Shown one piece after another: positions 56,357 through 64,000 of a DNA stretch of 64,000 nt. The stretch comes from a virus. The DNA is taken from the IMG/VR virus record IMGVR_UViG_3300041955_000531; one strand, 5' to 3'. The notes under the pieces were generated by a model. That model ran no database searches. It was given only the letters and a program-made list of their open reading frames with translations, and had not been told where the DNA came from. Numbering within the stretch: position 1 is the first letter of the stretch; each line of letters opens with the position of its first letter. The translations under genes and the position numbers were made by a program.

Positions 56357-59300
56357 TGCTACAGTTCTTCAAAGATGCAGGCTTGACCCTGCCTATCACA
56401 AACTTCACACCTAAGTGGACGTCTGTTCCGACGAAAGGCGCCATCAAGATCACATCCGTGTATCTTGGAGATGCTTATACATCTATTGTTTCGCAGGTTG
56501 TGTCGCCCTCGGCAACAACGATTTACTTGACCCAAGTGGATGAGCTCTCTCCATCAGGTGGTACGGTTACCATTGATGGCGAAGTTATACCTTACGCTGC
56601 GGCTTCCAAAACCCCATCTCCAAACATCAGTGGTTGTACTCGTGGCGTAGGGGCTGCTGGACATCTGGTAGGTGCGATTGTTTACCCACAGACTACATAT
56701 CCTACTGTGTCTGGTGGCAACATCACGATTTTGATTAACGGTATGACAGCTGCCCCGATTGGTTTGGGCTTGGCTACCGCGTCGGGTATCTTTGGACCTC
56801 CTGGTGTTCCCCTCCTGCTTCCAGTAAGTAGTGTGGTTTCAGGTGTAGCTGGGGCAATCCAAATAAGGCTGCAGTTTACTGCGCCGGCTGGAGCAGAGGC
56901 ACAATATCACAACCTCTCTATCATACCTATATTGATGTATCATCCTGCTGATGTGAATGATGTGTCTCACTACTTTGTGCAGCCTTCATGTATTTTGTAT
57001 GTTCAGCAGCGTGACCAAGGTTTGGTTCAGAGGATGCGTTTGCTACCAGCAAATCGCCAGGTGACTTCCGATCTGCCTGGCTTCACTTGGGGACAGTATC
57101 GCTGGCGCGACAACACAACCGAGAACTCGGTTGCTATCGTACCTACAAAGTGGGATACAGATACTAATCTAATCACACAAGACTTCATTGGTGGTGTGGG
57201 CAGCATCGGTGAGACAAACGACCTGGAGCCTATTGAACTACAGGAGATCGATAGTTCCATCTACCTGCGTGCGCGCCAGGGGCAGTACTTCACAGGTGTG
57301 AAGCGCTACTTCTTTCCATCAGATAACTGGAACCTAGAGTTCCTTCCGTGTGCTATCGGCGGTTCTTTGACATACCAACTCATTGCTCCACCGCGTGAAC
57401 AAACTACAGTCTTTGTTGGTAACTGGCGCTTGGATGGTCAGGGCTTCTATGAATATAATCTGAATGCTCGCTATACCTTCGGACCGAACTTCAATCCTAC
57501 GGATACAGTCAACCCACAGTTTACCGTCGATCGTGTAACAGGGATATTGACAATCAATCCTGCAGTTCAAAGTCCCCAGACAACTATCTTACTAGGTGTG
57601 TTGTCGGGCGGTGTTACCGAGTACTTTGATCTGCCATACTATCCAGTTGATAGTGTGCTCCAACTATACGTTACAGGCCCTATAGTCAATATCCCTGCCT
57701 ACACCTTCAATCGTGAGCAGGGATTCATCACGTTCCCAAAGGCTAGCGGTACTGCTGCTGGGCAGCCGCTCTTTGCCTTGGTCAACCCAGCTATAGCAGT
57801 CGAGTATGAGTATGATGTTCCAGATGAGACTGAGATCCAGAATACGAATATCCCAGATGAACAGGATCTCCTGAAGGATACACGCCTTCTGACTCCAGAT
57901 GTGAATCCTGCATTCTCTGGACTGTCAAGTGGTTATATGTACTTACAGCATCGCGTTCTTCGTCCAGTGGCTGTGACTCTGTCGGCAGACAAGCCGCAGA
58001 TTGCCATCCCTCCGACGCTCGACTCGATTATAGGCTTAATAGCCTATGGTCCTGTCTATTACAATGGTGATCATGCGCTACTGACAGCTACGGCCATCGG
58101 AAGCTTGCCAAATGAAGTGATACCTGGCGCCCAGCTACAAGTTGTGCCTGGTGGTTATAACCCATTGAATGGTCAGCCGCTGCAGAGCTATCCTTTCCGC
58201 GGCTTGATCAACGGTGTAGATCCCAATACTACTCCAGTGATTGTTGTAACTGGTGGTGACGGGATTGCAAACCTTGTATATCAGCCTGACAATGATTTTG
58301 GTTTCTACATTCCAACTACTGCTCCGTGGCTTGTCACTAGTGTCACACAGACTCCTTCAGCTACACCTACCTGGACTGCAGTTTCAGGTGGTGGTTATGC
58401 AACCGTTGAACTGCCATCTCCTCTGCTGCATGAATACTGGGCAGGTGGTAATCTTCGCCTGACGGGCTTTGCGCCTGCGACATGGAATGGTGACTGGCAA
58501 ATATTGACAGTTGATGCTGCTATCAATACGCTGACTATTAATATGCCGAATGATCCAGGAGCGGTAACTGTACCTGGATTGGCCGGACCAACAGATACGC
58601 TAGTCCTGCCTGTTCCAATCTCTATTAGCCAACTTTGGGCTGCGCCGCCATCTAATGAAGGCTGGCTGGATTATGTTTATCCTGTTCTGAGTAATCAGCC
58701 TCTGTTCGGTCTGAGTTCTCTGCCTCTGACAGGTAATGCTTCCATTGTAGGTGGTACTGGAACCGTACAAGTAGTAAACAATCCACCGATAATGTTGGCA
58801 GCCGGCAATCCTATTACTATCTCCAATGCCACTTCATGGATATTGGATGGCCCTTGGGTTATCAGTACGGCATCTTTGGTTTCTGGTGTATGGACAGTTA
58901 CATTCGCTGCTCCTGGGTCTCTGTCATCGATAGCACAGACGGCTGGTAGTTTGCTTGCTACAGGCGCCGTGCCTTTCGTAACAGATGGTACTGTGGATGG
59001 CGCCGAGACTATTCTTAGTGTCACATGGGCAAGTAATGTTGCCCACTATACACTAGCTGCTACTCCGACCAATCTTGAAGAAGGACAGAACGTCCAGATC
59101 AAGGGATGTACGACCTCTACTTTGAATGGCTTTCAGAATGTCCTGTCGATCGTCGGCAATGTGGTTAGCACTCCCACAACTACTGCAGGTTCAGGAACTG
59201 AGTCTGAAGCTGGAGCCACACTGACATACAGCAACTTTGTTATGAACGGTGTGATCACTGAATGGACTAAGAGTCTTATTCCTTGGACTTCAGGTTATGC

Positions 59301-60081
59301 TTATCAAGCTGGGGATGTGATTCTGGATCCCAATGGAAACATTCAGCTGGTCACTATTGGTGGTACGTCTGGTGTATCTGTTTCCTGGAGCGCTTTATTC
59401 AATCAGCCGACGGTAGATAATGCTGTTACTTGGGTCAATCGTGGTGTACCTGGACCAAGTACAGCTGTTCCTATCCATGTCTATGATAAGAATGGGAACG
59501 ATTACTTTGATAACATTTTCAGTCTAATAGGGAATGCAAGTATTGATGGTTCTGGTGTAGCAACAGTTGAGGTTGTGCAAGGACCTGGTGCGAGCACGCT
59601 GACTGTAAATGATATCATCAATGTCTACAATGCAACATCTGCTAGCCTAGACGGCTCATGGAAGATTTTGACTGCATCTCCAAGCACTCCATCGGCTGGC
59701 TTTACAACTATTACGTATCAAACGAATGCTGCGATACTTGCTCCTACGTTCCAACATTCTGGTACGTTGAATGATACCTCACAGGGATTCAACGGTGACG
59801 CCGTGCAGGTTGTATTCAACCAGACGCTGCCTAATCCATCTCAGGGATTCGTACAGGCTTATCTGTTCCAGTTCCTGGAAAGAGAGATCATCCAGATGCA
59901 GGTGGTGGGTACAAACATCTATAGCAACTCAATCATGTTGCAGATGCAGCCGCCAAATCAGCTTATCAATAATCCGTATATCGTACCAAGTACGGACCAA
60001 ACTGCAGTTCCGCCGTATTATCCGACGCCGCTTTCAAACAGCGTGCTCAACCAAAACAGATTGGGGATCGTCACTCCATAA
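56356..60081 (+). CDS. Large baseplate/tail-fibre-associated protein with repeated beta modules
   Basis: ATG at 56356 by TAATG coupling (the ORF track starts it at 56344); four I-x-G/N...L-N/D-G-x-W-type modules and one DPNGNIQ module. Confidence 0.7.
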   Translation: MLQFFKDAGLTLPITNFTPKWTSVPTKGAIKITSVYLGDAYTSIVSQVVSPSATTIYLTQVDELSPSGGTVTIDGEVIPYAAASKTPSPNISGCTRGVGAAGHLVGAIVYPQTTYPTVSGGNITILINGMTAAPIGLGLATASGIFGPPGVPLLLPVSSVVSGVAGAIQIRLQFTAPAGAEAQYHNLSIIPILMYHPADVNDVSHYFVQPSCILYVQQRDQGLVQRMRLLPANRQVTSDLPGFTWGQYRWRDNTTENSVAIVPTKWDTDTNLITQDFIGGVGSIGETNDLEPIELQEIDSSIYLRARQGQYFTGVKRYFFPSDNWNLEFLPCAIGGSLTYQLIAPPREQTTVFVGNWRLDGQGFYEYNLNARYTFGPNFNPTDTVNPQFTVDRVTGILTINPAVQSPQTTILLGVLSGGVTEYFDLPYYPVDSVLQLYVTGPIVNIPAYTFNREQGFITFPKASGTAAGQPLFALVNPAIAVEYEYDVPDETEIQNTNIPDEQDLLKDTRLLTPDVNPAFSGLSSGYMYLQHRVLRPVAVTLSADKPQIAIPPTLDSIIGLIAYGPVYYNGDHALLTATAIGSLPNEVIPGAQLQVVPGGYNPLNGQPLQSYPFRGLINGVDPNTTPVIVVTGGDGIANLVYQPDNDFGFYIPTTAPWLVTSVTQTPSATPTWTAVSGGGYATVELPSPLLHEYWAGGNLRLTGFAPATWNGDWQILTVDAAINTLTINMPNDPGAVTVPGLAGPTDTLVLPVPISISQLWAAPPSNEGWLDYVYPVLSNQPLFGLSSLPLTGNASIVGGTGTVQVVNNPPIMLAAGNPITISNATSWILDGPWVISTASLVSGVWTVTFAAPGSLSSIAQTAGSLLATGAVPFVTDGTVDGAETILSVTWASNVAHYTLAATPTNLEEGQNVQIKGCTTSTLNGFQNVLSIVGNVVSTPTTTAGSGTESEAGATLTYSNFVMNGVITEWTKSLIPWTSGYAYQAGDVILDPNGNIQLVTIGGTSGVSVSWSALFNQPTVDNAVTWVNRGVPGPSTAVPIHVYDKNGNDYFDNIFSLIGNASIDGSGVATVEVVQGPGASTLTVNDIINVYNATSASLDGSWKILTASPSTPSAGFTTITYQTNAAILAPTFQHSGTLNDTSQGFNGDAVQVVFNQTLPNPSQGFVQAYLFQFLEREIIQMQVVGTNIYSNSIMLQMQPPNQLINNPYIVPSTDQTAVPPYYPTPLSNSVLNQNRLGIVTP

Positions 60082-60091
60082 GGAATAACAC

Positions 60092-62722
60092 ATGCCTTCT
60101 ACTCCATCTCTCTATCGCTATATTGACTTCATCGGGGGTAACATCCTCGATGCCAGCAACGTGACGTTGCTGCAGACTATACTCGAGGGTCGCTCGGTCT
60201 CCGCGGTGAACGGAATCACGGGTATGGCACAGCTGTTTGCGCAAGGTACGCTGCTCAACTGTGTGTTCAATATCACTGGCTCCACGATCGTAATGACGCA
60301 TGCAAATGCTAGCTATCCAATCTATGTATTGGTGAACGATCGCTTTGAATCACTTGGTAATACTGTTACGATCGCCGGCTCGCAGCCAGGTTCTGGCACG
60401 GTAAACCTCTATTTGAACTGGGCATGGAATCAAGTTACCAGTGCAACCGATCCATCATTCCTTGATGGTATTACTGGCCAGCCTACGATTCAGGCTGGGC
60501 AGTTGGCATTGGATGTAGACTGGGCAGACACTCATGGCTCTCCAAGTCCAACTCAGTTTGCAATAAACTCTGCGCCGATCGTCCTGGCTATCTTCAATAT
60601 GAGTGCTACACCGAATGTAACGGTCACTTACATCAACGGTGTGCTTCCTTATGCTCAAGGCAATCCTAATCAAGCTGGACTGGTAGCTCTTACAGATGAT
60701 TCTGGTCTTGCTGTTGGCAGTACAGATTCTCGTCTGAGTGATGAACGTGTTCCTGCACCAGGAAGCGTTTATAGCTCCTCGGTTGCCACATTGTTGGTGA
60801 CAGGTATACGTAGTTCTGGTTTGCCAGCTTGGCTGCCAGGTCTCGCCGCTCCAGGAGCAGAAGTAGTAGACTCTGCTGGGAATCTCGAGACTTGTATCGG
60901 TACAGTGATAACCGCTCAGGCTGTAGTACCTTGGATACCTGCGGATATCCCTGCAACACTCGTAACTGACCTCTACTACAATAATGTACCTGGCGGACCT
61001 GCCTGGGGTTGGAACCCCGTTATTGGCAATCTTACACTTCAGATCATCGCCAATAACGTCGGTGCTGCTTTGTGGTGGGCATGGCGGAATGGTGGACCAG
61101 CAGGTGTACCTGCTTATAGCCCGACAGCTTCTGTTGCTTTCACCCTCACAGGCGTTACAGTTTCTGGAAATACCGCAATCTATGCTGGAGCTATTACAGG
61201 CACTATCGGTAGTGAACCTATCACTGGTGCTGCTAGTGCTCTTGCTGGCTTGCGCTTTACCATTACAGGATTTACCAATGCAGGAAACAACGGTCCAGAG
61301 TTGCTCTGCACCTCTTCTACTGCTACAAGCCTGACGTTAGTAAATCAGTATGCAGTACCAGAAGGCCCAGGAACATATACAGCCACTCTCAATCAGGGTG
61401 GTGTCTCCAGCGATGATCTCATCTATTCAACTCAAAGCCAGACTGTAACACAAGCTCTGGACGCATTGAATGCTGGGTTGGCTGGTAGTGGTACAGTCAA
61501 GTCCGTTTTCGGCCGCACTGGAATCGTAGTAGCCCAAGCCGGGGACTATACAGCTTCTCAGGTTGGCGCTGCTCCTTCTTCCCACGTTGGTCTACAGCTG
61601 GGATTACCTGCAAGTCACCCTGCTTCCGTGACTTCTAACACAAGTGGTTTCACAGTTAATGAGGGTGTGGGTGCTTTGTCTGGTGATGCGGTTGCTTTGC
61701 TGGATAGCGCCAGTTCTCGTAAGGCAGCTATCACTCACAGCGGAGATATCTATTCCCTATTGGCGAATGCAGCTAATGCTCAAGGTAAGAGTGGAACCGG
61801 CGGGCCGGCTACCTATCGTGGCACTTTGGGACTTATGTCCCTGATTGCTAACGTACTCGCTGAGCACGTTAACTATAACACCTCGCCCAATAACAATCCT
61901 CATGGTTTGACTGCAGGGGATATCGGTGCAGCCAGCGAGACTTATGTTAATACCACCGTGGCTGGTATTATCTCAGATGTCACCGCTTATACTGATGCAA
62001 AGACAAACATCTCTATTCGTGTTGTGACTACTCCTGGACCTGCCTTCCCGAATGACATGATCAATCCTGCGGGCGGAAGTACGACAGGTCAGCCTGGGTT
62101 GCCCCATAACTCTCCAGGTCAAGCAGCTATTGCTTACCCAAGTACTTCGGCTTCTATTACCTATGTCATCGTGAACTTTGGCGGCTTCTTCGAAATCGCT
62201 TTCGGTAACGGTGTGTACGCTGGTACTCAGCAAGTAGCTCTGCCTGAAGCAACAGGTTGGAGTGGTACAAACTTCTATGCTAGTGCCTCATTGTCGTTTG
62301 CTATGGATATCACCTATGATACCAAGGGCAACTATTATGAAGCCGTCGTTAATAATAGTACTCGTATTGTCAAGGTCATTGGTACAGCTGATGAGAGCCA
62401 CAACTACGTATGGAACGGTATCGCTGCAGTAACAGCGATTGCATGGAGAAATCTGACTGCGAATGCATTGATCATCAGTGCATTCGATACAACAACTCAG
62501 ACCTTCAACCAGGGTTCTGTTGGAAACACTGTTCAGATACAAGGTCGTAACTTTGGCAGCTCCGGCACACTTTCTTTCAATGGCTATGCTGCGTCAATCT
62601 CTGGCTACTCTTCGACAAGTATTACTTGCACAATCCCTGGGACTGCAACAACAGGTGTTCTGACTGTTACCCCAACAGGTGGTACGCCAGTTAGCAGCCC
62701 ATTCGTCTTTACAATCGTGTAA
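60092..62722 (+). CDS. Tail fibre protein with a C-terminal IPT/TIG domain
   Basis: N-terminal ILDASNVTLLQTIL; fibre motifs VKSVFGRTGIVVAQAGDYTASQVGA and NNPHGLTAGDIGA; C-terminal GNTVQIQGRNFG...SITCTIPGTATTG. Confidence 0.78.
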   Translation: MPSTPSLYRYIDFIGGNILDASNVTLLQTILEGRSVSAVNGITGMAQLFAQGTLLNCVFNITGSTIVMTHANASYPIYVLVNDRFESLGNTVTIAGSQPGSGTVNLYLNWAWNQVTSATDPSFLDGITGQPTIQAGQLALDVDWADTHGSPSPTQFAINSAPIVLAIFNMSATPNVTVTYINGVLPYAQGNPNQAGLVALTDDSGLAVGSTDSRLSDERVPAPGSVYSSSVATLLVTGIRSSGLPAWLPGLAAPGAEVVDSAGNLETCIGTVITAQAVVPWIPADIPATLVTDLYYNNVPGGPAWGWNPVIGNLTLQIIANNVGAALWWAWRNGGPAGVPAYSPTASVAFTLTGVTVSGNTAIYAGAITGTIGSEPITGAASALAGLRFTITGFTNAGNNGPELLCTSSTATSLTLVNQYAVPEGPGTYTATLNQGGVSSDDLIYSTQSQTVTQALDALNAGLAGSGTVKSVFGRTGIVVAQAGDYTASQVGAAPSSHVGLQLGLPASHPASVTSNTSGFTVNEGVGALSGDAVALLDSASSRKAAITHSGDIYSLLANAANAQGKSGTGGPATYRGTLGLMSLIANVLAEHVNYNTSPNNNPHGLTAGDIGAASETYVNTTVAGIISDVTAYTDAKTNISIRVVTTPGPAFPNDMINPAGGSTTGQPGLPHNSPGQAAIAYPSTSASITYVIVNFGGFFEIAFGNGVYAGTQQVALPEATGWSGTNFYASASLSFAMDITYDTKGNYYEAVVNNSTRIVKVIGTADESHNYVWNGIAAVTAIAWRNLTANALIISAFDTTTQTFNQGSVGNTVQIQGRNFGSSGTLSFNGYAASISGYSSTSITCTIPGTATTGVLTVTPTGGTPVSSPFVFTIV

Positions 62723-62723
62723 T

Positions 62724-64000
62724 ATGCCAACAGCCAATCGTGGAGTACAGTTCGTTTACTACACTCCGAATCTACCCAATAGGTCGATTCCGATAGCTCA
62801 TGTGTCTACTACGCCTGAGTCACCATCCCAGCTGACAGATGTGAACAATAACGTCTATCAGCCTGGCGCGCTGACAATGACGCAGTTGACTACTCCCTTT
62901 ACAGTGTTTACTGCTCCTGCCCTACAATCCTCTATATCTATCTCTGGGGCTACGCAGTATCAGTTTGCGAACCAGTTCTTCGAACTGACTGATCAGGTTG
63001 ATGGGTCTGGGAGTCCGCTGTATTACCAGCACTATCTGCCCACTGAGGTATCAAACGTAACGATCTTAGATCTGAATGGTAATACTGTAGCAACTCCGAC
63101 TATGACATCTACATCAGGTCCTATTATTCGTTCACTGACTCGGGGAAGTGTCACAGCTAACTTCCTGCTTCACTCCTTCCCGAGTGTCAACAATACTACC
63201 TTGCCTTACGTGCAGTATCAGGTGCGTTATATCGATGATGTTGGCTTCCTCCATCTGGAGATCTTGAAGTTCTACAATGTAATCGCTCCCGCTGTGTTTA
63301 CGCCCAGCTCGAGTACATATGTAACCTCAACGATTGTTCTTACAGTCAATGCAATCACAGCTTACTATTTGAGATGGTATGCTCAGAACGGGTATCAAAT
63401 CCTGCAGCCGTACAACGACATTCCAAATGACCCTTGGCGCGCGCGTATACGATTCAGTCTGCAGAACATCCCGCCTGAATATGGCAATCAAGTATGGACT
63501 CCGCAAAAGCCTTACCAACTTGGTACCTGGGTCCCAGGAACTTCAACAGCGACGCACTTGATTCAGTTCGAGCGTCGTCCTATCCTCTATAACAACACCT
63601 ATCCTAATGTGTTGATATACGATAAGAACTATGTCTTGAAGTATGCCTTGGCTGGTCAGACAGGCAATGGTTTCCTGTATCCGTGGCGTCTCAATCAGTT
63701 CGTGGATATCGATCCTAATACTGGGGTTGTACAGGTGGCCGTCGAGACAGATCCAACGGACATCATATTCGGATTCTTCTCCTACCTGGAGCCAGATGTA
63801 GTCTTCACTGGCCTAGATATAAACCCATACACTAATCCGAGTGTTCGGAACAAAGTCATTTCGTTCTATCAAAAGACTAATGGGGAAGATCCTCTGCATT
63901 ACATCTACTACCAGGTACTGGATGAGAGCGGCAATGTAACTGCTACGAATGACCCAGCCCCTGCTACAGGAACCAACCATTTCTTTGGTACGATTCTGGT
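62724..64000 (+). CDS. Baseplate/tail structural protein; partial, runs off the window
   Basis: ATG 1 nt after the upstream TAA; reads MPTANRGVQFVYYTPNLPNRSIPIAH...PLYYQHYLP...DPWRARI; missing from the ORF track, consistent with no stop inside the window. Confidence 0.75.
   Translation, partial: MPTANRGVQFVYYTPNLPNRSIPIAHVSTTPESPSQLTDVNNNVYQPGALTMTQLTTPFTVFTAPALQSSISISGATQYQFANQFFELTDQVDGSGSPLYYQHYLPTEVSNVTILDLNGNTVATPTMTSTSGPIIRSLTRGSVTANFLLHSFPSVNNTTLPYVQYQVRYIDDVGFLHLEILKFYNVIAPAVFTPSSSTYVTSTIVLTVNAITAYYLRWYAQNGYQILQPYNDIPNDPWRARIRFSLQNIPPEYGNQVWTPQKPYQLGTWVPGTSTATHLIQFERRPILYNNTYPNVLIYDKNYVLKYALAGQTGNGFLYPWRLNQFVDIDPNTGVVQVAVETDPTDIIFGFFSYLEPDVVFTGLDINPYTNPSVRNKVISFYQKTNGEDPLHYIYYQVLDESGNVTATNDPAPATGTNHFFGTIL

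Noticed and set aside
1088-63561. The many minus-strand and alternate-frame ORFs in the track (e.g. 4995-5813, 28803-29576, 45764-46456)
   Set aside because: They are shadows of long + strand genes, with no recognisable motifs or RBS.

Overview
The whole window is one + strand, tightly packed morphogenesis region of a large, probably jumbo-type, contractile-tailed (myovirus) phage. The GH108 endolysin and a spanin-like gene suggest a diderm host. Gene order: virion fibre/Ig-like proteins, terminase large subunit, portal, prohead protease-scaffold, decoration protein, Com-like zinc finger, major capsid protein, decoration proteins, HNH plus lysis cassette, neck and collagen-fibre genes, tail sheath, three tail-tube paralogues, tail chaperones, an IscA/HesB Fe-S carrier, two giant proteins at the tape-measure position, a hub fused to a lytic-transglycosylase-like domain, and baseplate/fibre genes running off the end. 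The main find is the 1589-aa protein at 40665-45434. It carries, in order, degenerate beta and beta' catalytic motifs of double-psi-barrel RNA polymerases (GEGDIIL, GAK-x6-KG-x4-PEED, GKEG-x2-R, RHP, GADDDKD), so it is a candidate single-chain virion RNA polymerase. Its upstream neighbour is a tape-measure-like protein with an intact DEDDh exonuclease and an SNase-like domain. A recurring motif TATACTA(A/G)TCAG may be a phage promoter. No tRNA, rRNA, CRISPR array or IS element was recognised. All assignments come from motif reading and synteny by eye; no searches were run.
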